Below, piece by piece: positions 11,730-23,237 of a stretch of 41,790 nt of DNA (position 1 is its first letter; every line of letters begins with the position of its first letter). Source of the DNA: Atractiella rhizophila (lineage: Eukaryota). The notes under the pieces are model-generated. The model searched no databases. It had not been told where the DNA came from and saw only the letters and a program-made list of their open reading frames with translations. The position numbers and the translations under genes are program-made. Where the stretch lies: NCBI GenBank assembly GCA_021432655.1, contig MU271584.1, positions 1 through 41,790 of the forward strand. The letters run 5' to 3'.

Positions 11730-13004
11730 TCAAGTCCTAGAACGATTTCGAAGTACCCAACAACTAAAATCGTAGAGGCCCTCCAACTCCCACTCCGATA
11801 CGGAAGTTCCTTCCTTGTCCTCCAAACCAAACAGCATCATGTTAGCCAAAGACACCGACGGCGTCTTCTCAACGAACTCCTTCATAGCCTTCACAAATAC
11901 GTCCCTTGCGGTGGGGTCGTGCTGAGCACATGGATTCTGGCGAAGGAACTTTTTGGACAGGAGTTTAGCTCTCGAGTCGTAGGATTCGACAATATCGACG
12001 CTTAGACTCCTGTTGCCGTTCTCGACCCACGATTGTTGGCGGAAGGACTTCTTTGCGACCTCGAGGAGGCAAAGTAGCTCTGGATCCTGCCTATCGACTG
12101 GGATGCACTCCTTGTGCTTCTGATGGAAGAACGACAACCAAGCTGTTCATCGTGTGACAACCGATTTAGTATTTCGGACAAATTGAAAGAAAGATGAGTG
12201 ACGCACTGTAATCGTTCTGTGGTCCTATCATCCCCTTCATAAAGTAGCCCATCCCTGAAGGCATATGATTGAGGCAGTACACTTTGATGACTATTCCACC
12301 ACCCAGGATACCCATCAATAAGCGGGACGCAGAAGGGGGGAGATGAGAGACAAACTATGGAGGATGATAGCGTCCCTAATCGATATTCTCTCATCTACGT
12401 TCACTCGCTTCCAAAGCCGCTCATACTCCTTTTTCCAGTCTACGCCCTTCGTCGATCCTCTATCACTCATCGACGACGTAGAAGTTTCTCTCTGCTTGCT
12501 TGCGGGAGAGGGATCGGCGAATTGAGAGAACGACGGCAATGGAGCATCGGTTGGCGATCGCATAGTAGGACTGTATATCGTATCAGGAGAGCGGAATCCA
12601 GCCGAGGTGGATCTGGACAAAGACGGGTGGACAGGCTGTGGAGAGAAAAGGGGTTCAGGCTCGGCAGACGGTTCTCTCGATGACGGGACAGAGAAAGTAG
12701 CTAGAGGCGAAGGCTGAAGGGGAGGAGACGGTTTGGACCTTGACCAACATTTCTTCGTTCGCAATCCATCTGACCGCTGCCAAAGCGCCTCGAGCTTCTC
12801 CTGTTCTTCCTTCATCCTCGGACCGAACTCATCCTCGAGATGTTGGAGGACGTCAGCGTGAAGCGACTCGTATTTTTCTTCCCGCTTCAATTGGAGGTAG
12901 TTGATGCGTGTGTGCGTCGCAAGAATAGAAGCGTTGAGGTCGCTCCTTTCGTACACGCTCTCGGGTGCTTCCTCCTCGCAGTTATGCGACGTTCGGTTGG
13001 CCAT
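11730..13004 (-). CDS. Hypothetical protein with N-terminal coiled coil, S/P-rich linker and C-terminal helical domain (3 exons)
   Basis: ATG 13004 (MANRTSH). The frame is kept across two GT-AG introns (..IILH|IIKVYC..NDY|TWLSFFHQK..); stop at 11730. Confidence 0.65.
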
Positions 13005-13579
13005 GTTCAAAGTGCGAATTCGACAGCAGTATTCACATGAAAGAGCTGTAGTAATGTGGAAAAGCTCCCGATGAAGGTATTGGTGTCGATTAGAAGGGAG
13101 AAAGCCCTTTAAAGCGATCGAGGTGGCGAAAGCGGGAAGGGTTGTTGTTACGGGAGCCGTGTGAGAAACATCTTCCCGCTTAATTATCACGTGTTATAAT
13201 TCCCGTTCACAAATAAACATAGCCTTTTGAGAAAGAAATGCAATAAATTCATGAGCCTCTTATGTTGGCTCTTGCCTTTCGGGTACGCACAATCAAGAAG
13301 TAATGTGAACAAGAAGAAAGAGTGTAGACACAAGACAGAGGTGGATTTGTGAATTTAGAAGGTTGAAATTGACAAGAGAGAGGATATGAACAGTTGAACG
13401 CGTGCTATCATACTTGAATACTGAATGCCAAATCACGAAGCTCGAAGGTTGCGGTACGGTGAAGCATCCACAAACAACATAAATAAAGACGAACCAGAGC
13501 ACCCAAACCAGGACCTGACCACCAAAACCAAGAGAAAGAGACAAGACGACGAATCTCTGTCCTTCCCAGATCCATCTGC

Positions 13580-15729
13580 TCAAATCCTCAACTCCGGACT
13601 TTCCTCTCTCGGTGTCCAATACCCGCCCGTCCCCTCCCCCGTTCCCGTCTCAAACGTGTCGATAGAATACAAGCTCTTCTCCCTCTCCTTCCCTTTAACA
13701 CTCTTCTTCTGTTCCGCCATCCCAAACGTAGATGCAGACTCGGGATCTCTGATAGATGCAGGGGGCGTGACTGATCCAGACCGGGTTCGGCTCAGCTCAT
13801 TCGATTCTGATTCTGGAGCAGGAGCAGGAGCGGAGGTGGGAACGGCTGAGGTGGAGGTTGTAGGCGTGGTGGCGGGCTGGACAACATTGGGAGAGACCAG
13901 TCCGCCTGGGAGGATGGGAGTTGGATTGGGCGGTTGATCGACGTGATCTTCATCTCTCGCCTTCTCTTTTCCTTTCCCTTTTCCCTCTGCTGGCTTTGCA
14001 TCATCCACATCCACACCCGCATCCACAGAGAGACCCGTGTTGGAAGCAGACAGTTCCCTCTCCAACACCCTCCTCTTGACCTCATCCGCCTCGCTCTCCT
14101 CACCTCCTCCTCCCCTCCCACCTCCACCGCCATTCCCATTCCCACTACCCAGGGGACTGCCGACCTTTCCACTCAAGCTCCCTCCCCCACCCGTGAAAGC
14201 AGCGGACCACTTCGACCTCACGCTCTCCCCGCTCTCCCTCCGACTCGGCGGCAGCGCTCTCACGCTCGCATCCTCGTCCGCCCTCCCGGCTGCGGCATCC
14301 ACATCTCCCCTCGTCCTGATCGAACGCGTGTAAGTCGACGGGGGCGCGGTCATGGTCCCTCCTCCTCCGGCGCCGCCTCCGCCACCAGCGTTGGAGTAGT
14401 GGTGCGGAAACGTGCTGGAGGCGAGAGTGAAGGTGGACGCGTTGTCGTTTGGTGGGTAGGACGGGTGAGGGTTCCGAGACGGGTCGGGGTTGGTGAATGT
14501 GGGGACGTGGATGTGCAGTTCGCCGCGGAGGGGAGAGGGGGAGGACGGGGAGTTGGGTTGGTGGGAGGACGCTCCGTCCGGAGAGGTTGGGATGGAGGCG
14601 GTCGTGCCGGTGGAGAGGAAGAGACCTGGGTTGGAGGTCGAGGAGTAGGATGCGTGTTGAGCTGTTCCCATTTCCATGTCAATAGATATTCCTATGGGAT
14701 CTTCTCCCAATAGTGATGAAAGGAACAGGCACCATGTCTCCCTTCTGGCCTCCACACGCTTGAGCTGGGTGCATTTGTCCCTCCACTCGTACTAGCATGC
14801 TGAGTCTGATTCTGAGGATGACTATTGGGGTTCGTCACAGTGGCTATCCGATTCGCTCCATTGCTCTCCAACGACCACAGCGTCGTAGGCTTCGTGCTCG
14901 CAACAGCGGCCGAGGTCCCGGTAGCCATGGAGTCGTGAGAGTGAGAAGAATGGGAGGAGTACGTAGCATTGTCCACTGACCTCCTCGCTAGTCGGTGACT
15001 GTCGAGAGCCGAAGGAGGAGGCGGAGAAGTGGGCGAGGGTGGAGGCTGCTCTTCGTCACCATCCTGATCTTGGTGCAGTGACGACGGTTGTTGGAGCGAG
15101 GATGGAGAAGACGGACGAAGCGACGACGGCGGGAGGGAGAGGACGGATGCATCGGTGTCTGCTCCTTCTCCTTCTCCATCCACATCCACATCGCCGTCAC
15201 CATCACCACCTCCGTTACTCCCGACACCACGCTTCCTGAGTCCGTTCGCACGCTTCCCATGACCGTTCGTGGCTGTGCCCTTTCTAGCAGCAGCGGAGGA
15301 AGGCCGCAACCTGTCCTTCTCCTTCCTCTTCTCCTTCCTAGACGGACCAGACCCATTGAATGCGCTCGCACTCCCTTTCCTGCTCACCTTACTCCCGCCA
15401 CCACCACCACCACCACCGTTTGAGCCATTGGCATTGGAAGCCTGCCGAACGACCCCATTAGCGCTCACGCTCCTCGCGCGCTCCACTCCCTCCCCTGCGG
15501 CACCGCCGCCATTACCATTTGTATTGGGATGTGTGGGGATGGACGGATGTTTGCCGACGGTGGAGAAGCGGTGGAAGAGCGACTTGAGCAGCGGCTTCTT
15601 GCTCGTCGACTTGGAGCGGGTGGTGTTGGTGTTGGTGTTGCTGCTGCTGCTCGGCGTCGATGGTGGCGAGGCGGAGGGCGACGAGGGAGCAGGCGGAGAG
15701 GGAAAGGGCACGTTCGTGGGCGTTGGCAT
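13580..15729 (-). CDS. Large low-complexity (S/P/G-rich) protein with short conserved-looking motifs
   Basis: Two long ORFs joined by an intron at ~14662-14732 (gtgcct..ggaacag). Motifs STKPTT.WSLE.NGANRIA, NPHPSYPPNDNASTFTLASS and DEDASVRALPPSRRES. A 5'UTR intron lies just upstream. The exact 3' end is uncertain. Confidence 0.65.
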
Positions 15730-16356
15730 TGTAGATGCCTTGATAATACTAGTAATCGTTAGCTACTGGCCATGTAAGAACAGAGGGACTCACTGTTACG
15801 ATGTCGATATGCCTGCTTTTGTGTGTTTCAAGTTGAGCCCCGTGGTTTATGACGTCGGTGATCAGGCAAGCGGGAATACCGGTTAACTTGTCTGTTGTCT
15901 CATCCACATCACAAAGTGAGCAATGAACAAAGTAATTATTATCAAGTGTAACACGACAATGAATCTATTACTGTATAATTTCAAAGGGCAAGGATCAATG
16001 TCACACCAGAAAGCGAAATAATCTACACCGTAACAACAGCCAAAGGTCTCAACCTCGCAGAGACAATATCCAAACCAGCGGAAAAAGATCCTCCACAAAC
16101 CCTCCCGCAACTGGCGCCATCTTTCTGGCGTGCAGAAAACTTCGTTGAAGGTCCAATAAATCTCGCTGGACGCGACCCGCTTCCCTAGGGGACCACGTAC
16201 AACATCCTTCGTTTGTCTTTGTTGTTCACAGTCGCAGCTTTCCATAACCATGATACTCCAATCGTTGCTTGAGATTTGGTTACGGAAGATCCGTCGCATG
16301 CTGGTGGTGACTTCCTACACTTTGGTCCGCCCCTTGCTCCCTCGAGGGCGCAGCTG

Positions 16357-17288
16357 ATGGAGAGTCAGGCACCAAAACGCAAGTCAAGGATAACAGGATA
16401 TGTTGAGCCACCATATCAAGGCTTTGTCGCCCGCTGCTGGGGCGTCTTACACAGACAGCTTTACTCTCTGTCTTTATGGTACTGCAGGCGTTACGGAATT
16501 CGTTCAGTGGAGGCCCTTGGCTTCGCTGATTGGGGACCTCTGCCGCTTGGGCTCTTTCTTAAGGTCAGCAGTCGACCATTGGACGTCGACTGTGCTGCTA
16601 CGAAATTTGCTCGATCTCTTGGGGTTCCAACACCTAGGATTCTCAGCTACGGATTCTTTTACACCGACGACGGATACCCACACTATACTTTGCTAATGAC
16701 GCGCCTGCCAGGCGTCAAGCTCTCTGAGATTTGGGAAGACTTATCTGAAGAGAAACAGGATAGATTGAAGGAAGAATTGCGAGTATATCTCAAACGCATG
16801 CGAGCGGCAGAAAACCCCTATGGCCGTCAAATCTGCTCTGTTCTCGGCGGCGCACTGTGGAGCCCTCGATTGCCCTGGGGTAAAGTAGGGCCCTGCGACG
16901 CGAGCGCCTTGAGAAGAGAGCTCATCCAAGACGCTCCTGAATCCTCTTTCGCTCAGTTGGAGTCTATGGAGCTTTCCTCTCGCACGCCACGTATAGTCTT
17001 CACCCACGGTGACCTCTTTCCCTGGAATATCATGGTCCACAACGACCGGATATCTGGCATTTTTGACTGGGAGACGGCGGGTACGGATTTTTCAAAGCCA
17101 CTCAAGGGAAGCTGACGTGTAGAGCAGGATGGCTCCCTGACTATTGGGAAGTGACGACGACGCAGCGAATGTCTCAATTCTACTGGGGTGATGTAGTCCG
17201 TCAACTGGTTGATGAAGACTACACCGAGGAGCTTAGAGCTGAAAGGCTCATCTGGAAATGTACCAGCGATTTGTTTCCTTTCATGTGA
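16357..17288 (+). CDS. APH/choline-kinase-like phosphotransferase (2 exons)
   Basis: LGVPTPRILSYG, LLMTRLPG, Brenner motif FTHGDLFPWNIMV and SGIFDWETA|GWLPDYWE; stop TGA at 17286-17288. Confidence 0.9.
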
Positions 17289-17605
17289 AATTGGTGTTGG
17301 AAGTGTTGGGATGTGGAGGTCGCGAAGGAACCAAGCACACCAGTCTACATCTGCGTTAAGCATCTGACTGAGGATCACTGCATTGCTGTCATCAGTCATC
17401 AAATGAAGGATTGTTATGCTTCGGAACCTGTCTGGCTCGCTCATGCATGTCCCCATATTGTTGCGTTCGTTTCTATCCAAGATCCCGACCCAAGAACCCA
17501 AAAGGCATCAAACCACTCGTATCCCACTTCCCCATTTAAGCCAGACTTCAAGTTATTACAGTGAGTTTGTTGGCTGTTGCTTCTCCCTGGAAGCGAAATC
17601 CGCTT

Positions 17606-17667
17606 TTGATGAGCGCTTTCGAGGCTTGGACCAGATCAGAAGGAGTGGGTGGACTGGGAAATTCTGA
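17606..17667 (+). ncRNA. Candidate intronic box C/D snoRNA (orphan)
   Basis: TTGATGA (17606-12) ... CTGA (17664-67) closed by a CGCTT/AGGCG stem, inside a GTGAGT(17561)..CTGAC..CAG(17713) intron. No canonical rRNA guide identified. Confidence 0.45.
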
Positions 17668-17904
17668 TAGGCGAAATTTAGAGAGTTGCATTTCTGACTT
17701 TCAATCATACCAGCAACTGCAGCGTCAGCACAAGCGAAATGACTTGAACCCTGTGCCTGGACCGTGATCAGACCGTGACCACAGCCAAACAAAAAAAACA
17801 ACCACCTCCCCCAAACACAACAACTAACTTGTCTGACCTTCTCTGATTTGAGCTCTTCGGCTTGAACTGTGCGTGTTTTCTCTTATATCCCTTAATAATT
17901 CAAG

Positions 17905-18008
17905 AGGATGAAAAACCGATTCATGCATGGCTTTCCTACTCCCCCTTCCAAGCGAAGAATGGGATGTGAGGACACACAATCAATGCTCGCCTAGACAGCG
18001 AGTTCTGA
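17905..18008 (+). ncRNA. Intronic box C/D snoRNA, predicted guide for 18S rRNA C49 (yeast numbering)
   Basis: C box AGGATGA 17905-11. The 12-nt element CATGCATGGCTT (17922-33) is complementary to conserved 18S AAGCCAUGCAUG. D' CCTA 17935-38; C' GTGAGGA 17966-72; D CTGA 18005-08. Lies within intron GTGCGT(17869)..CCAG(18052). Confidence 0.7.
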
Positions 18009-18147
18009 CGTTTCCACTCCGAAAGCATTTTTACGGACTCCTCTGATTCCAGACTCGTTAGTAGCACCTTTCGTCGCGTCGGAAAATTTTGTTTGGTGAG
18101 CTTTTCGACTTTTTTTCATCGGATGGAAGCAGAGAGGGAGGACAAAA

Positions 18148-18231
18148 GTGATGAGCTCTTAAACCGCATGTTAGACTGCCTACTCCTTAAGACAGAGGAT
18201 GAGGAACGAAAGAATTTTCACGTCAGACTGA
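18148..18231 (+). ncRNA. snR58: Intronic box C/D snoRNA, snR58/SNORD104-like (25S Cm663 guide, yeast numbering)
   Basis: C box GTGATGA 18148-54. Guide GCATGTTAGACT (18166-77) is complementary to LSU AGUCUAACAUG. D' CCTA 18179-82 places the +5 rule on the C of GAGUCUAAC; C' ATGAGGA 18199-205; D CTGA 18228-31. Long external stem gatgga..gcagagagg / cctttctgc..tccatc. Lies within intron GTGAGC(18096)..CACAG(18318). Confidence 0.8.
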
Positions 18232-18332
18232 TTTCTCCTGCCTTTCTGCAACTCCATCACTGCATCACTTTCTGAACAACTCAAAAAGTAGTGAAGCTGA
18301 TTGTGTGATCTGGCACAGGTGAACACTCCATC

Positions 18333-20418
18333 ATGTCAACTTTGCAGAAAAAGACAATCCAAACCTTCCTCCCCGACCTCCCACCTTCGACACTGCACCG
18401 CATCTACGCCTTGCCCTCAAATGTGTTGGCCGTCTTCCGCCTCCTCCCTCCTTTAGCTCGGCAGGTCGTTATGAATCTGCTCTGGTTACCAGTCAGTGCC
18501 GACCGTAAGGGGAAGGGGAAGGCGAAAGACGGTGGTGTTGGAGTCGGTGGGGTGGAGAAGGGGGAGATGGAGATGTGGATGAAGAAGGGAGAACAGGGGA
18601 AGAGGTGCGTTGCTCTCTTATGGCTCTTCGTTTGGATAAGGAGAGGAATAAACATATCTGCATGCAATACAATTTTCGTCTATCCCGTGCTCTTGCTTCA
18701 CTTCTTCAGATTGAGAAAGTGAGAAAGAATCTGATTTGAGCCTTCAGCTTGTTAAATGCCGCACTTGAGGTCCTACAGCGTCTATCCATCCTCTCCCTCT
18801 CTCCTTCAACCCAATCATACACCCTCAACTCGTCCTTCTCCACATCCTTACGTCTCGCAATCCTCGGCGGGTCCGTCAATCCTTCCTTTTCCTCCCCTGC
18901 GAGATTGATGTGCGAGTAGAGGAAACCATCAATCCTTCGGTGTCATCTCCCCATCCTCCACACGAGATAACGAAAAGTCCCTCACGTTTCTGGATCGACA
19001 CGCAAAAGAGAAATGGGAGACCATACTTCACTTCCTCGTCTCTCCGTCCACTCAGGTTGCTCCGACGAGACAAGTGCTAGGGCTGTTAGAACGAGGGGGA
19101 TTCATGAATCGCATGTCGGTTTTCCTTCCCGCACCTTGATAATAAAGAGCTGCAATGCTGACATTTGGGTGACGGTAGAGGAAGGAATCTCGATATCACG
19201 AGTCGCGGGTTTGGCTTTCTGCTTGAGGAGATGAATGCGCAGATATGGGAGATCCTCCTCGTCTATTTAGAGGGATGTTCGGTACGCTTCCCGGGGCGGT
19301 ACTCGGAATGCGCTCACGAAAGAGAAACAGGACAGGGATATGGACCTCGTCGAGGTATTGAGCTGCATATTTATGCTGGGATCTCTAGAACTCGGTAAAG
19401 TATGCCTTCCCATCTATATCCTTCTTTGTCTCCTAGATCATTTCGGTTGGCTCGGGAAAGGCATACAAAACGTCTCCACTGTCGCCCACGGTGTTGTCCA
19501 TGTTACAAGATCTACGCGATTACGGATTGGTATACATCGACCCGAAACAGCCGGATCGCTTTTTCCCTACTCGCCTCGCTACCACTCTCACCTCTTCCTC
19601 AATTGTGCTGCCTAATAGCGAGGCGCAGATGAAGATGTCGGAGAAGCACGTAGGAGTGGGAGAGATTGAGGAGGAAGGGAAAGGGTTCATTATCGTCGAG
19701 ACAAATTACAAAGTTTATGCTTATACGAGTCTGTCTTTTCCTTCGTCAAATTCCGTGATGTTCATGTGGAGTGTCAGACAACGCGTTGCAGGTTTCGCTT
19801 CTTGGCCTCTTTGTGCATCTTAGGTCCAGATTCGCGAACTTGGTGGTAGGGATGATCACCAGAGAGAGCATCAAGGAAGCTCTGGCTAAGGGGATTACAG
19901 CGGACCAAGTGGGGTCCAACCTCTCCTTTCGAAGGCGAACTGACGATGGATTGCAGATAGTGGCGTATTTGACAGCGAATGCACATCCACAGATGCTGAA
20001 TCAAGTTCGTCGTTTGATCTAGCATAAATCCAGTCAGGGGTGACCCAATAGATATGAATTGTAGAACCCGCTCCTTCCCCCCACTGTGGTGGATCAAATA
20101 AGACTCTGGGAGCTAGAAAAGAATCGAATCCGTACCCACGAAGGTTCGTCCTTGCACTCAAGTGCTTTAATCATTTTGTATAATTGACCTGGCACTCATC
20201 AGGATTCTTGTATGATGACTTCCATACGCGGGAGGACTTTGAACTCGTCATGAAATATGCCGACGAGCTTGGAGCTTTGTTGTGGAAGAACGAGGTGAAG
20301 ATGCTCCTCTTTGTCGAGGGCAGTGGGAACGATGCTGTGAGGTCCGTCTATTTTACTTTGCATGATCTTCCGAACTGAACAATGGGCCAGGGACTATATA
20401 AGACGGCGAATGACGTGA
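18333..20418 (+). CDS. TFB2: TFIIH core subunit Tfb2 (p52/GTF2H4), multi-exon
   Basis: Motifs [106 protein letters not shown] and GFLYDDF; stop 20416-20418. Confidence 0.96.
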
Positions 20419-20490
20419 TGGGTCGACCTTTGAATGACTCTTGTACAACGACATTGTTATTTTCTTTGGTTCATTGTGGAATGTTAAACA

Positions 20491-22944
20491 TCAAATTCGA
20501 CCGATCAAAATCGCTTCGGCCCTCTCCCCCTTCTTGAGTACTGTCTTCCCTCCTCCCTCCTCCAAAGCTGGAACGGCGACCAAACCATTCGCACCAGCAA
20601 GGCTTATCATGCGCGACGACCTCTGCCCTCCGGTCGAGTCTGCGATTAGACCATCTCCATTCAATGAAGGGATGATGTGGACGCGGTGAAACTCCGGACG
20701 AGGATCGAGCTTGAAATCGGATGTTATCTGCCGCATTCGTGAATTAGGTGTAAATACATATCGTCTCCTAATGAAAGAGAGAAGGACGGACCGTGACTGG
20801 AACACGAGGCAGCTGCCATCGTTCTTGAGGGAGACCGCCCATCTTACGCAAACAGGGAAGGACGAAGACGTAGAAAGTGACAAGAGCTGAAGCTGGGTTT
20901 CCTGGAAGTGCGAAGAGGAGCGTGTCATTCGGGAGGGTCGCAAAGGTGGTCGGTTTCCTTCACAATCTGCATTCAGGTTGATTATCAGAACAAAGAAAAT
21001 AGGCAGACCCCGGCTTCATCGCAACGCGCCCAAAGTGTATCTTTCCTTCCAAATACCTCTCCACTACAGGTTTGAGCAAGTCAGCCTCTCCCATACTCGT
21101 TCCTCCAGTGGTGACTATCACGTCACATTTGTCAATTCCCTCCTTCAACACCCTGACATGGTCATCGACGGTATCTTGTGCAATCCCCAGATCCACCACT
21201 TCGAAATTGAGCGAACGGAGCGCAGAGATGAGCGATGGTCGGTTGGTGTCGTATATCTTTGAAGAAGTGGGAGCAGAGGAGGAAGAAGGGGAAAGGTCAC
21301 TGATCTCGTTCCCAGTGGAGAGGACTCCGACAACTGGACGACGGTGGACTTGCACCTGTTCACATTCCATCACCACATCATGAGTAGCTAAGGCTTAGAG
21401 AAGCGATGGATCCATTAGCACACACATCAGTTTGGCCGACAAACACGATCGATCCAATCTCGCCTCCAACCTCTGTGATTTCCGTTCCCTTCTCAAGAAC
21501 GGTATCTCCCTCTCTCACGTCACTTCCTATTCAGACCATAACCACACGCAATCATAAACGACAGTCAGCGGTGTAAATTGTTTCAGGAGATAAAATCGGA
21601 AACATGCCTATCTCACGAATCTCCCTGCTTCCTCCTCCTCCCAACACTCGGATAGTTTTCTCTTCAGCGTTCAAATCCACATCCCCCACCTCCGTATCCT
21701 CAACCATGATCACGCTCGCCGTACCATTCGGCAATCTCCCGCCTGTATTCACACGACACGCTTTCCCCGCTTCCAGCTCTTTGGAGAAATCGAACTCCTT
21801 GCTGGTCACAACTTCATACACGCTCCCAGGCACCACCGTTGCATCCTTAATTGCATATCCATCAACGTTCGTGCTTCGCCACGGAGGGATTGGAGTGGCC
21901 GCAACGACTGGGGAGGAGAGAACACTGCCTATTAAGCTAGACGGATGTGAAGAAAGGAGTGATGCGGTGGTGGGAGGAAGGTTAGGGGTGTTTTTGAATA
22001 TGAGGGAGAGTGCAGAGGAGAGGGGAATCATGGGATAAGGTGAGATGCGGTTCCGTTTGCTAGCTATCAAATTCAAAATTAGAGTTATAGGAAGCATTGA
22101 TGGGGAGAGATGGGAACCTGATTGGGTTGGATCGTGTGAGAGGTGTTGGTGCGAATGGGAATCGGTGTGATGATGGTGGTGATGTGAGTGAGCATGACGA
22201 TGGGAATGAGGTTCCTGCTGCATTTTTTCATGTACCTCTTTTCCAGATCCACCGGAAGAGAGCTCCAATGCTACTCACACATAAATTTTATCAATCGGGT
22301 GTTCTTCAGGTAGGAATGGATAATGCTTACCATGAGGGAAGACCGCCATCAGCTCAGCCAATATCTCTTTCACAGCCTTCGCGCTCCCCGGAAGAGTGAC
22401 GATCAAACAATTCTCTTTGGTCAATCCAGCAATTGGGCGAGAGAGAGCAGCCATTGGTGTCTTTTTTAACGAAGAAGCAATTATGAGATGAACAATTCCT
22501 GGCGTTTCTTTGACGATGAACGGCTTGACCGACTGCTCATACACCAGTCCTTCTTCTGATCTCTAAATGAAAGACAAATGAGGAACTGACCTCTGGCGTA
22601 ACATCTACACTCCACAGGGCTGTGAACAAAAACTCAAGGAGAATAAATAATGAAAAACAAACCTCGAATGCCAAATCCAGTGCCTCCCGTCGTCAAAATC
22701 ATCCTCACCCCGTTACCAATCGCGGCCGCCACAGCTTGCACGATTTGAGTTCCTTCATCCTTGACGATCTCAAGAGAATCGATGATGTAGGTACTCCCTG
22801 AGTTGGCGCTAGAAAGAAAGGATCGGATCTCCTTCCCTGCAGAATCGGTGGAGGAGGTTCGAGTGTCGCTTACTGCTCTACTTATTCAGAGATGGCTTGG
22901 AATGAGGACAGGCACAGACCTACGATGATCGATACTTTGTACAT
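20491..22944 (-). CDS. cnxE: Gephyrin-like molybdenum cofactor biosynthesis protein (MogA G-domain + MoeA E-domain fusion)
   Basis: G-domain: [49 protein letters not shown]. His-rich linker. E-domain: [72 protein letters not shown]. Confidence 0.95.
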
Positions 22945-23237
22945 TGATTCAGTCTATGTACCAATGACTTATTAATAGTATTGCAAATAAGGATCGAACG
23001 AAGGAACATTACTTCACTTTTTGATTCCGCACTCGATCATGGTTAACACTGCCTTGACGCTCCACAACTCGTTTTGGGACGAGCTTCTTACCCACCATCT
23101 TATTAGACATCCAGTGATTTATCCACAGCTCTATACTATTTCAGCTCTACTACTGACCAGCGCTGGCAGCTCATCTAGCCTAAAGCTAGAAATAGCACGG
23201 CATAGCTAACTTCCATCATTACTGCTGCACAAGTGAT

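Noticed and set aside
13425..15886. Long plus-strand ORFs (e.g. 13934-14713, 15269-15886)
   Set aside because: Antisense shadows of the GC-rich low-complexity gene on the minus strand.
15883..16299. 138-aa minus-strand ORF in the divergent promoter region
   Set aside because: No motif or splice support; likely spurious.
17724..17852. Second leader intron as a fourth snoRNA host
   Set aside because: It has CTGA motifs and a small hairpin/direct repeat (gaccgtga x2) but no convincing C box, H/ACA architecture or rRNA complementarity.
18093..18275. 60-aa ORF upstream of TFB2
   Set aside because: Non-ATG start, lies within the snoRNA-bearing intron, and has no coding signature.
22140..22210. 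Poly-His tract in the gephyrin linker
   Set aside because: His-rich G/E linkers are a known feature of fungal CnxE-type proteins.
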